Part shown: positions 1 through 12,614 of the stretch, one piece after another
Layout of the letters: every line of letters begins with the position of its first letter
How positions within the stretch are numbered: the stretch's first letter is position 1
Assembly (NCBI RefSeq): GCF_003334315.1
Contig: NZ_QOWR01000003.1
From: Escherichia coli
Lineage (GTDB): Bacteria; Pseudomonadota; Gammaproteobacteria; Enterobacterales; Enterobacteriaceae
Length of the DNA stretch: 64,000 nt
Direction: 5' to 3' (one strand)
Position numbers and translations under genes: made by a program
Notes under the pieces: generated by a model
Database searches by the model: none
Seen by the model: the letters and a program-made list of their open reading frames with translations, nothing else
Told to the model about the DNA's origin: nothing

Positions 1-356
1 TCAATCACCGGAATTCGCCACATATAGAAAAGCAAACAGGCGAGAATTACCAGCAACATGATGCGCACCCATGGCATCTGGACGAACCACAGAGAAATGG
101 CAAACGTGAGCAAAATAAGCAAAATCGCCCGCGGTTTGACGCCGCGCGGCATCGCATGATGTTTCTGCCAGAAACGTAGATAGCTGCCAAACCATGAGCG
201 GTACAGCAACCAGGCGTGAAAGCGCGGGGAAGAACGGGCAAAGCACCAGGCCGCCAGCAGGATAAACGGCGTCGTCGGTAATACCGGTAATACCACGCCC
301 AGCGTACCCAGCACTACCGCCAGCCAGCCAATGATGATTAAAATGATTCGTTGCAT
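1..356 (-). CDS. ybaN: Inner membrane protein YbaN (DUF454), 3' end truncated by window edge
   Basis: Minus-strand ORF starting ATG at 356 (MQRIILIIIGWLAVVLGTLGVVLPVLPTTPFILLAAWCFARSS...) runs off position 1 without a stop, so it is absent from the ORF track; recognised from memory. Confidence 0.8.
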   Translation of the reverse strand, partial: MQRIILIIIGWLAVVLGTLGVVLPVLPTTPFILLAAWCFARSSPRFHAWLLYRSWFGSYLRFWQKHHAMPRGVKPRAILLILLTFAISLWFVQMPWVRIMLLVILACLLFYMWRIPVI

Positions 357-425
357 ATTGAGTGTTGTCAGCTTACAGAGTGGCTACTTTAGCATAACAA
401 TTATCATTTTCATTGAGGTCTTATC

Positions 426-953
426 GTGAAAACCGCCCTGCTGCTGGAAAAACTGGAAGGACAGCTCGCTACGCTGCGTCAGCGTTGTGCCCCGGTGTCA
501 CAGTTCGCCACGCTAAGTGCTCGTTTCGACAGGCATCTTTTTCAGACTCGTGCGACAACACTACAGGCTTGTCTCGACGAGGCGGGCGATAATCTGGCTG
601 CGCTTCGTCATGCAGTTGAGCAGCAACAGCTGCCGCAAGTGGCCTGGCTGGCGGAACATCTGGCGGCACAACTGGAAGCCATCGCGCGTGAAGCCTCCGC
701 CTGGTCATTGCGCGAGTGGGACAGTGCACCACCGAAAATTGCCCGCTGGCAGCGTAAACGTATTCAGCATCAGGATTTTGAGCGGCGGCTACGTGAGATG
801 GTTGCCGAACGCAGAGCCCGTCTGGCGCGGGTGACCGATCTCGTGGAACAGCAAACGCTGCATCGTGAAGTGGAAGCCTATGAAGCGCGCCTGGCACGCT
901 GCCGCCATGCGCTGGAAAAAATCGAAAACAGGTTAGCGCGTTTAACCCGCTAG
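426..953 (+). CDS. priC: Primosomal replication protein N'' (PriC), GTG start
   Basis: ORF track 426..953, 175 aa; start codon at 426 is GTG; sequence recognised as PriC. Confidence 0.9.
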
Positions 954-965
954 CAATGGAGAGAA

Positions 966-1127
966 TATGTCACTGGAAAATGCCCCTGACGATGTCAAAC
1001 TGGCTGTCGATTTGATTGTGCTGCTGGAGGAAAATCAGATCCCTGCCAGTACCGTGCTGCGCGCGCTGGATATTGTAAAGCGTGATTATGAAAAGAAATT
1101 AACGCGCGATGATGAGGCGGAAAAGTG
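966..1127 (+). CDS. ybaM: Small protein YbaM (53 aa)
   Basis: ATG at 966 to TGA at 1125-1127, translating [53 protein letters not shown]; below ORF-track size cut-off; position directly after priC matches K-12 synteny. Confidence 0.75.
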
Positions 1128-1181
1128 AGAAATAAATGGGGTCGCTAAATGTCCCCTAAGGTTGCGGGCAAACGCAAAACT

Positions 1182-1280
1182 GCCTGATGCGCTACGCTTA
1201 TCAGGCCTACACCGCTCCTGCAATATATTGAATTCTTGCGGTTTCGTAGGCCGGATAAGGCGGTCACGCCGCATCCGGCA
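1182..1280. repeat. REP/BIME cluster (two inverted REP units) between ybaM and the mscK 3' end
   Basis: gcctgatgcgctacgcttatcaggcctac ... gtaggccggataaggcggtcacgccgcatccggca; canonical REP palindromes. Confidence 0.85.
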
Positions 1281-1339
1281 TGAACAACGCGCACTTTGTT
1301 AGCAATCTCGGGGCAACTAAATGTTGCCCCCTTTCGTTT

Positions 1340-4300
1340 TTACCCTACCGCTGGCGTCGGGTCATCGCCTTTGTAGTCGCGTTTTACTTCCGTCACCTCA
1401 TCGCCCTTCTCGTTGTGCAGATGCACTTCAAGCTGGTTAAAGGCAATGTTGATGTCGTTTTCACGGCACAGCTGATCGATAGTACGGTTCAGCTCATCGA
1501 CAGTACGACTACGGTCACGCAGTTCACGCACATACAGACGCAGCTCATGATCCAACGTGCTGGCACCAAATGCCGTAAAGAAGACTTCCGGCATTGGTTC
1601 GTGCATCACCCTTGGGTGCTCAGTCGCCGCCTTCAGTAACACTTTACGCACTTTTTCCAGATCGGAGCCATAGGCCACGCCGAGACGGATCACCAGACGC
1701 GTAGTAGTGTCAGTCAACGACCAGTTGATCAGACGCTCGGTAACAAACGCTTTGTTCGGGATGATCACTTCTTTGCGATCGAAATCGGTAATCGTTGTCG
1801 CACGAATACGGATCTTACTTACCGTCCCCGAGAAGCTACCAATGGTTACCGTATCGCCAATACGCACCGGACGTTCGAATAGAATGATCAAACCGGAGAC
1901 GAAGTTACCGAAAATTTCTTGTAAACCAAAACCAAGACCTACGGATAATGCTGCGGCCAGCCACTGGAGTTTATCCCAAGAGACGCCCAGCGATCCGAAC
2001 ACCGTCATCGCGCCAACAGCAATAATGATGTAGTTAAGGATGGTAGTAATGGCATACGACGCGCCCTGGCGCATATTCAGTCGCGAGAGCACCAGCACTT
2101 CCAGTAAACCAGGCAGGTTGCGAATCAACGCCCAGGCCACCATTGAGGCGATAATCGCAAACAACAGACTGCCCATGGTGACGTTTTTCACCACCGCAGC
2201 GCCAGCTTCAGTGCCGTTGTAATGCCAGAGCGTGATGCTGTCGAGATAGCTGAACACGGTGATCAAATCGGACCAAATTGCCCAGAACATGACACCGAAC
2301 AGCGCAAACATCAGCAACATGGTAATACGCAGCGTCTGCTGGTTAACTTGCTCCAGTGCAATGGTGGGTTCTTCCGGCGGTTCAGCACCTTCTGCGCCCT
2401 CTTTCACCAGATTCTGCCGACGCGCCAGCGCACGACGCCAGGCGATACGCCGCGCCGCTACGCTTAAGCCACGCAGTACCGTCTGGTACAGCAGGTTCCA
2501 GATGATCACCAGATAAACGGTTTCAATCCAGCGTCCTGCCAGACGCAGCGTAGTGTAGAAGTAGCCTGTAGCAGTCAGCACCATCAGCGCAATCGGGATT
2601 ATCGACAGCACGGTAATGGTGACCAGTCGCATGGTGTGCGACTCTTTATCACGCCAGCTTTCGCGGCACATCGGCCATACCAGGAAGGCAATCAGCAGCA
2701 GGTTGAAGAAAATCATCGCTTGCCCCAGCACATCATCCATCAGATGCAGCGGGGAAAGTTCTGCCACCACAGACCAGAAATGGATAGGCAGCAATGCGAG
2801 ACTGATGCGGACAATTTGCCGACGCCAGTGGCTGGTCTGCTGTTCCGGCATGCCGAAGTGACGTACGGCAACGCCGTTTTTCTCCAGTACCTTCCAGCAC
2901 AGGCCAAACACCAGCCAGAATATCGCCAGTTTTTTGCTGAACGACCATAGCAGTTCGCTGATGTTGAGCTGCATGGTCAACAGAATCAGGCCAACCGCGA
3001 GAATAATCAGGCACACCGGCAGCGCACGGATCAGGTCGATAAGGATCGCTTTTGGTGTGTTGAGCTGGCTGTCGTTACGCAGGGAACCCACAGCGGAAGC
3101 CAGTTTTTGTTGATACGCTTTCAGCCAGCCCAGACGCCAGTGGATCAGCCCGGCAATCAACAGCAGCGGCAAACCAGCGAGGAAAGCGATAAAAACGGCG
3201 GGCCAGGCTTTTTGCCAGTTCACCGTGATTTTCATCGACTTAAATTCATCTTTCAGGCTTTGCGGGAACGCTTTGATCCAGTCCCAGTCCATTGGACGGT
3301 TACTGTTCACCCAAAAGATTTGCTGAGTCAGGATGGATTTCAGGTTTTTCGACACACTCATTAACTGCTGCTGGTTGATTTGCAGGTTAATGGCCATCAT
3401 CAGCTGGTTACCCAACTGTTTGTTGAGTTGATCCAGCAATTCGCGACGCATATCAACCACTTGCAATAACGCATCGTGAACTTCGCTGTTGACTTCGTTG
3501 GTGTGACCTTCTTCCAGTTTGTTGACGAACGCATCGCTCTGGAAGAGTGCATCACGCTGCTGGTTAACTTCAAACTGTTCGAGACGCAAATCCGCGATGC
3601 GGTTGGTCATGTTTTCCAGTTCATCCGCCGAGGGCAGCGTTTGTTGTTGCTGGTAAAGGATACGAGACAACAGCAGGCTGCCCTTCAGGACGGCAATCTG
3701 CTCTTTAATATTGCGTTCCGATTGCAGCGCCCGCTCCAGCCAGTTTTTGACTTTAATGTTTTGCTGCATCAACTGATTACCGTTTTCAGTCGCGGTAATC
3801 AGACGCTGACTTAACTGCTGGTTAATTTCCAGTTCCTGCTTCACCAGCGGATTAGCCTGAATACGCGCGGCTTCATCCGGGGAGACGGCTTCCTGCGCCG
3901 TTTTTTCGGTTAAAGTCAGGCGCTTGCTGTTTACCGCTTCTTGCAACAGTTGTAACTGGTGCTCCAGACGAGCGCTGTTCGCCGTCACGTAATCACGTTG
4001 CTTTTGCAAGGTATCCTGCAAGACGGTGTTCCCTTCCAGGCTTTTACGCTGCTGGTCAATCTCCGCATTCAGCAACGCCTGCTGGGCCTGCATTAACACT
4101 TTCTGGCTGGGACGTAAGGCTGTCTCGCCGACATCAGTCCCATCCAGACGACTGCGAATTTGTTGCAGCTGCTGCGAAGCGTTATACATCGCATTTTGCA
4201 CGCGTTCGGGCTGCGTCTGTAACGAAACCAGCTGGCTGTTATAAGACGCCAGATCGTTTTGTGCGTTTTGCAAATCGTCCAGCGCCTGGGCAACGCGAGT

Positions 4301-4702
4301 TTCCAGCTGGCGCAACGACAGCGTGCTCAGAATTTTGCGCGTTTCTTCGTCGTTATCGACATCGCTAAGTGCTGTTAACGCCGCGGTCGCCTGGCGCATT
4401 TTTTCCGGCGCTTCAGCGACTTTTTGCCGTAGCTGAACTGTCTCTTCTTTTATGCGATCGATTTTATCGAGGGTGGCTAATGTATCTGTCAGATCCTGCT
4501 GCACCAGTTTGTCCTGAGCAGAAAGATCTTTTTGTTTATTTAGTGAGTCAAGTTGCGCCTGCAGGTCCGCTTTTGTCGGCAGATCACCATTCGATGACGC
4601 CCGCGCAAACGCCGTGTTCTGGCATAACAAGACAAAAACAAAAGCAATAAATGCTGAAAAAACAAAATGCCGTGATCGTTTGTAATACTGGAACATAGTC
4701 AT
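1340..4702 (-). CDS. mscK: Potassium-dependent mechanosensitive channel MscK (KefA)
   Basis: ORF track 1340..4702, 1120 aa; N-terminal coiled-coil region and C-terminal MscS-like domain; length matches MscK. Confidence 0.95.
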   Translation of the reverse strand: MTMFQYYKRSRHFVFSAFIAFVFVLLCQNTAFARASSNGDLPTKADLQAQLDSLNKQKDLSAQDKLVQQDLTDTLATLDKIDRIKEETVQLRQKVAEAPEKMRQATAALTALSDVDNDEETRKILSTLSLRQLETRVAQALDDLQNAQNDLASYNSQLVSLQTQPERVQNAMYNASQQLQQIRSRLDGTDVGETALRPSQKVLMQAQQALLNAEIDQQRKSLEGNTVLQDTLQKQRDYVTANSARLEHQLQLLQEAVNSKRLTLTEKTAQEAVSPDEAARIQANPLVKQELEINQQLSQRLITATENGNQLMQQNIKVKNWLERALQSERNIKEQIAVLKGSLLLSRILYQQQQTLPSADELENMTNRIADLRLEQFEVNQQRDALFQSDAFVNKLEEGHTNEVNSEVHDALLQVVDMRRELLDQLNKQLGNQLMMAINLQINQQQLMSVSKNLKSILTQQIFWVNSNRPMDWDWIKAFPQSLKDEFKSMKITVNWQKAWPAVFIAFLAGLPLLLIAGLIHWRLGWLKAYQQKLASAVGSLRNDSQLNTPKAILIDLIRALPVCLIILAVGLILLTMQLNISELLWSFSKKLAIFWLVFGLCWKVLEKNGVAVRHFGMPEQQTSHWRRQIVRISLALLPIHFWSVVAELSPLHLMDDVLGQAMIFFNLLLIAFLVWPMCRESWRDKESHTMRLVTITVLSIIPIALMVLTATGYFYTTLRLAGRWIETVYLVIIWNLLYQTVLRGLSVAARRIAWRRALARRQNLVKEGAEGAEPPEEPTIALEQVNQQTLRITMLLMFALFGVMFWAIWSDLITVFSYLDSITLWHYNGTEAGAAVVKNVTMGSLLFAIIASMVAWALIRNLPGLLEVLVLSRLNMRQGASYAITTILNYIIIAVGAMTVFGSLGVSWDKLQWLAAALSVGLGFGLQEIFGNFVSGLIILFERPVRIGDTVTIGSFSGTVSKIRIRATTITDFDRKEVIIPNKAFVTERLINWSLTDTTTRLVIRLGVAYGSDLEKVRKVLLKAATEHPRVMHEPMPEVFFTAFGASTLDHELRLYVRELRDRSRTVDELNRTIDQLCRENDINIAFNQLEVHLHNEKGDEVTEVKRDYKGDDPTPAVG

Positions 4703-4829
4703 GATGAATGAAGGTTTCTGAACCTGAAGAACGACCTGAAAAAGTCAAACCGCAAGAATATCACGACGCAGTGAACCAGAATAGCAACGACGAAAATGTC
4801 CAGGAAAAATCCTGGAGTCAGATTCAGGG

Positions 4830-5477
4830 TTATTCGTTAGTGGCAGGATTACGAAGCGTGGGGCACAGGAGATACATCTCCAGTAAGATGGCAACGTAAT
4901 CGCGGGCTTCTTTTTTAAGATCAAAAGATTGCGGGGCAAAGAGCCAGTTTTCCATCAGGCCGGAAATATAGCCGCGCATAATAATTGCTGCGCGACGCGT
5001 CATTAAATCCGCAGGCAACATTTTCGCTTCAATACAATGTTTTAACGTTTGTTCTATACGGTCATAACTTTCCAGACAGAGATTACGTTGTGCCTGTTGC
5101 ACAACAGCCATTTCTCCGACAAATTCGCATTTGTGGAATATAATCTCCATCAATAATCGACGCCGTTCTTCTGTCACCGTGGATTCAAGAACATGAATTA
5201 ATATCTCTCTTAATACTGAGAGTGGATCGCCAGGGAATTTTGCCTGATACTCAAGCTCTAGTTCACCAATATTGGATTCTGACAGTTCCCAGATCTCACT
5301 GAACAAATCCGACTTGTCTTTAAAATGCCAGTAGATTGCACCGCGCGTAACGCCAGCTGCTTTTGCAATCTCGCCCAGCGAGGTGGATGATACCCCCTGC
5401 TGTGAGAAAAGACGTAGAGCCACATCGAGGATGTGTTGGCGCGTTTCTTGCGCTTCTTGTTTGGTTTTTCGTGCCAT
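4830..5477 (-). CDS. acrR: TetR-family repressor AcrR
   Basis: ORF track 4830..5477, 215 aa, [52 protein letters not shown] (TetR HTH); divergent from acrA. Confidence 0.95.
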
Positions 5478-5505
5478 ATGTTCGTGAATTTACAGGCGTT
5501 AGATT

Positions 5506-5529
5506 TACATACATTTGTGAATGTATGTA
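5506..5529. promoter_or_regulatory. AcrR operator: 24-bp palindrome in the acrR-acrA divergent promoter region
   Basis: tacatacatt-tgtg-aatgtatgta, perfect 10-bp inverted arms around a 4-bp centre, between acrR start (5477) and acrA start (5619). Confidence 0.85.
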
Positions 5530-5618
5530 CCATAGCACGACGATAATATAAACGCAGCAATGGGTTTATTAACTTTTGACCATTGACCAATTTGAAATCG
5601 GACACTCGAGGTTTACAT

Positions 5619-6812
5619 ATGAACAAAAACAGAGGGTTTACGCCTCTGGCGGTCGTTCTGATGCTCTCAGGCAGCTTAGCCCTAACAGGATGTGACGACA
5701 AACAGGCCCAACAAGGTGGCCAGCAGATGCCCGCCGTTGGCGTAGTAACAGTCAAAACTGAACCTCTGCAGATCACAACCGAGCTTCCGGGTCGCACCAG
5801 TGCCTACCGGATCGCAGAAGTTCGTCCTCAAGTTAGCGGGATTATCCTGAAGCGTAATTTCAAAGAAGGTAGCGACATCGAAGCAGGTGTCTCTCTCTAT
5901 CAGATTGATCCTGCGACCTATCAGGCGACATACGACAGTGCGAAAGGTGATCTGGCGAAAGCCCAGGCTGCAGCCAATATCGCGCAATTGACGGTGAATC
6001 GTTATCAGAAACTGCTCGGTACTCAGTACATCAGTAAGCAAGAGTACGATCAGGCTCTGGCTGATGCGCAACAGGCGAATGCTGCGGTAACTGCGGCGAA
6101 AGCTGCTGTTGAAACTGCGCGGATCAATCTGGCTTACACCAAAGTCACCTCTCCGATTAGCGGTCGCATTGGTAAGTCGAACGTGACGGAAGGCGCATTG
6201 GTACAGAACGGTCAGGCGACTGCACTGGCAACCGTGCAGCAACTTGATCCGATCTACGTTGATGTGACCCAGTCCAGCAACGACTTCCTGCGCCTGAAAC
6301 AGGAACTGGCGAATGGCACGCTGAAACAAGAGAACGGCAAAGCCAAAGTGTCGCTGATCACCAGTGACGGCATTAAGTTCCCACAGGACGGTACGCTGGA
6401 ATTCTCTGACGTTACCGTTGATCAGACCACTGGGTCTATCACTCTACGCGCTATCTTCCCGAACCCGGATCACACTCTGCTGCCGGGTATGTTCGTGCGC
6501 GCACGTCTGGAAGAAGGGCTTAATCCAAACGCTATTTTAGTCCCGCAACAGGGCGTAACCCGTACGCCGCGTGGCGATGCCACCGTACTGGTAGTTGGCG
6601 CGGATGACAAAGTGGAAACCCGTCCGATCGTTGCAAGTCAGGCTATTGGCGATAAGTGGCTGGTGACAGAAGGTCTGAAAGCAGGCGATCGCGTAGTAAT
6701 AAGTGGGCTGCAGAAAGTGCGTCCTGGTGTCCAGGTAAAAGCACAAGAAGTTACCGCTGATAATAACCAGCAAGCCGCAAGCGGTGCTCAGCCTGAACAG
6801 TCCAAGTCTTAA
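5619..6812 (+). CDS. acrA: Multidrug efflux periplasmic adaptor AcrA (lipoprotein)
   Basis: In-frame ATG at 5619 inside ORF-track entry 5583..6812; MNKNRGFTPLAVVLMLSGSLALTGC lipobox; 397 aa. Confidence 0.95.
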   Translation: MNKNRGFTPLAVVLMLSGSLALTGCDDKQAQQGGQQMPAVGVVTVKTEPLQITTELPGRTSAYRIAEVRPQVSGIILKRNFKEGSDIEAGVSLYQIDPATYQATYDSAKGDLAKAQAAANIAQLTVNRYQKLLGTQYISKQEYDQALADAQQANAAVTAAKAAVETARINLAYTKVTSPISGRIGKSNVTEGALVQNGQATALATVQQLDPIYVDVTQSSNDFLRLKQELANGTLKQENGKAKVSLITSDGIKFPQDGTLEFSDVTVDQTTGSITLRAIFPNPDHTLLPGMFVRARLEEGLNPNAILVPQQGVTRTPRGDATVLVVGADDKVETRPIVASQAIGDKWLVTEGLKAGDRVVISGLQKVRPGVQVKAQEVTADNNQQAASGAQPEQSKS

Positions 6813-6831
6813 CTTAAACAGGAGCCGTTAA

Positions 6832-9984
<3,153 letters not shown>

Positions 9985-10002
9985 TACAACGTGTAATCAC
10001 TA

Positions 10003-10026
10003 AGGCCGCGTAAGCGGCCTTTTTTA
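10003..10026 (+). terminator. Intrinsic terminator downstream of acrB
   Basis: aggccgc-gtaa-gcggcct stem-loop followed by ttttt. Confidence 0.7.
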
Positions 10027-10529
10027 TGCATAACCTACGAACATTAAGGAGTAATTGAACCACCAACTCAGGATCTCATACGAAAACCAGTATTAACCAC
10101 GGATAAAATTCATAAAAAATACTGATTGTTAGTTAATTTATATTAAGTAGCGCTAATAGATTTAATAATCCATAATCATTTAGAGGCTATTCTTAATTAT
10201 TTGCGGTAATTTTTTATTCATTCCTCGGTTATTACGTCATATTCAGAGCAATCCTGGTATTAGTGTCACCAATTTCATCTGGCGATAATCCTGAAATGTT
10301 ATGAATAGTTCGAGCAAACTGCTTTTACCTGCTGCGGGTTAGTGCTAGTATGAAAAAGTGAGTCCTGTCCCGCTTCCTTCCTAATTGTAATTTTTCGTAA
10401 TAATGCGATGAAAACCTGCAAAGAGTGGCTTATAGTTAAGCTAACAAACGAGAGGGCAAGTCCAGGTCAGTAAGTTTTTTCCATCCCGAAAGGTGTCCGT
10501 TAGTTCAACCGCTAAGAAGGGGACGCGTT

Positions 10530-10904
10530 ATGGATGAATACTCACCCAAAAGACATGATATCGCACAGCTTAAGTTTCTCTGTGAAACCCTGTATCATGA
10601 CTGCCTTGCAAACCTTGAAGAAAGCAATCATGGCTGGGTAAACGACCCAACCTCGGCGATCAACCTCCAGTTGAATGAACTGATTGAGCATATTGCGACC
10701 TTCGCACTTAATTACAAAATTAAGTATAATGAAGACAATAAGCTCATTGAGCAGATCGACGAATATCTGGATGACACCTTTATGTTGTTCAGTAGTTATG
10801 GTATTAATATGCAGGATCTTCAGAAATGGCGGAAGTCAGGTAATCGACTATTCCGTTGTTTTGTCAATGCGACGAAAGAGAATCCTGCGAGTTTATCTTG
10901 TTAG
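10530..10904 (+). CDS. tomB: Hha toxicity modulator TomB (YbaJ)
   Basis: ORF track 10530..10904, 124 aa, [32 protein letters not shown]; immediately upstream of hha. Confidence 0.9.
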
Positions 10905-10929
10905 AATTATTACAACCATGGGTAGAAGT

Positions 10930-11148
10930 ATGTCCGAAAAACCTTTAACGAAAACCGATTATTTAATGCGTTTACGTCGTTGCCAGACAATTGACACGCT
11001 GGAGCGTGTTATCGAGAAAAATAAATACGAATTATCAGATAATGAACTGGCGGTATTTTACTCAGCCGCAGATCACCGCCTCGCCGAATTGACCATGAAT
11101 AAACTGTACGACAAGATCCCTTCCTCAGTATGGAAATTTATTCGCTAA
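10930..11148 (+). CDS. hha: Haemolysin expression modulator Hha (H-NS co-regulator)
   Basis: ATG at 10930 inside ORF-track entry 10684..11148; [72 protein letters not shown], 72 aa. Confidence 0.9.
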
Positions 11149-11225
11149 TAAATAATTCGCTTTCGGAGCTATAACCGGCTGTTTATTAAGAATTTTATAC
11201 TTTTTCGCCATGAAGACATACCCTA

Positions 11226-11241
11226 TGTGATCTTTATCACA
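11226..11241. promoter_or_regulatory. Consensus CRP-type palindrome (TGTGA-N6-TCACA) upstream of maa
   Basis: tgtga-tcttta-tcaca, both half-sites perfect, about 80 bp upstream of the maa ATG. Confidence 0.45.
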
Positions 11242-11319
11242 CAGATGTAATGGGAACGTTCTCTTCACTGACTTTTCGTCTTACTGTGTTGCCGCATTTT
11301 CAGCAACCGGAGGTCAGTA

Positions 11320-11871
11320 ATGAGCACAGAAAAAGAAAAGATGATTGCTGGTGAGTTGTATCGCTCGGCAGATGAGACGTTATCTCGCGATCGCCTGCGC
11401 GCTCGTCAACTTATTCACCGATACAATCATTCCCTGGCGGAAGAGCACACATTACGCCAGCAAATTCTCGCTGATCTATTCGGTCAGGTGACAGAGGCTT
11501 ATATTGAGCCAACGTTTCGCTGTGACTATGGCTATAACATTTTTCTCGGTAATAATTTTTTCGCCAACTTCGATTGCGTGATGCTTGATGTCTGCCCTAT
11601 TCGCATCGGTGATAACTGTATGTTGGCACCAGGCGTTCATATCTACACGGCAACACATCCCATCGACCCTGTAGCACGTAATAGCGGTGCTGAACTGGGG
11701 AAACCCGTCACCATCGGTAATAACGTCTGGATTGGCGGACGCGCGGTCATTAACCCTGGTGTGACCATTGGTGATAACGTCGTGGTAGCCTCAGGTGCAG
11801 TTGTCACAAAAGATGTCCCGGACAACGTTGTCGTGGGCGGTAATCCAGCCAGAATAATTAAAAAATTGTAA
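11320..11871 (+). CDS. maa: Maltose O-acetyltransferase (hexapeptide-repeat acyltransferase)
   Basis: ORF track 11320..11871, 183 aa; left-handed beta-helix hexapeptide repeats ([14 protein letters not shown].., [13 protein letters not shown].., [13 protein letters not shown]). Confidence 0.9.
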
Positions 11872-11986
11872 TCGGTTTTTCGCAACTGTTATGCAAAATT
11901 GTGGTAGATCTGTTACTTCCCCTCTACTATTCCCACGTTAAAATAGGGTGTTCCCTGGAAAGTTGCAGATACCACGAAGGCAAACG

Positions 11987-12457
11987 ATGACCGAAATACA
12001 ACGCCTGCTGACCGAAACGATTGAGTCTCTGAATACCCGCGAAAAACGCGACAACAAACCCCGCTTTAGTATCAGTTTTATTCGTAAACATCCGGGGCTG
12101 TTTATCGGTATGTACGTTGCTTTTTTTGCCACCCTGGCGGTGATGTTGCAGTCCGAAACGCTGTCAGGCTCTGTCTGGCTACTGGTTGTATTATTTATCC
12201 TGCTTAATGGTTTCTTCTTTTTCGATGTCTACCCACGCTACCGCTATGAAGATATCGACGTGCTGGATTTCCGCGTTTGCTATAACGGCGAATGGTACAA
12301 CACGCGCTTTGTACCTGCCGCGCTGGTTGAAGCCATCTTGAACTCTCCGCGTGTCGCGGATGTTCATAAGGAACAACTGCAAAAAATGATCGTCCGTAAA
12401 GGTGAACTGTCTTTTTACGATATTTTTACCCTCGCTCGCGCCGAATCAACATCTTAA
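11987..12457 (+). CDS. ylaC: Inner membrane protein YlaC
   Basis: ATG at 11987 ([25 protein letters not shown]..) inside ORF-track entry 11948..12457; 156 aa with two hydrophobic helices. Confidence 0.8.
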
Positions 12458-12614
12458 GTTAGGGTTACATACCAGGCGTAAAGCTCTGCGCCTGGTCAAA
12501 TGACAATGATCGTTTCCACCCATCACTTCATGAAATACCAGCTCTACCTCCTTATCTCCAGCCAGCCTTTTTCCACAATCAGATATACTTTCCCTACACT
12601 GTGTTAATAAGGAT

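Noticed and set aside
1280-1639. 119-aa plus-strand ORF starting in the REP cluster and running into the mscK 3' end
   Set aside because: It starts inside a REP palindrome and is antisense to mscK.
5682-6329. 215-aa minus-strand ORF inside acrA, with similar antisense ORFs inside acrB (8260..8961), mdlB (18832..19524) and ppiD (28538..29311)
   Set aside because: All are embedded antisense to well-supported genes and lack start-site context or domain signatures.
10350-10361. Mini-ORF atg-aaa-aag-tga in the tomB leader
   Set aside because: Three codons with no clear Shine-Dalgarno sequence; cannot be distinguished from chance in AT-rich DNA.
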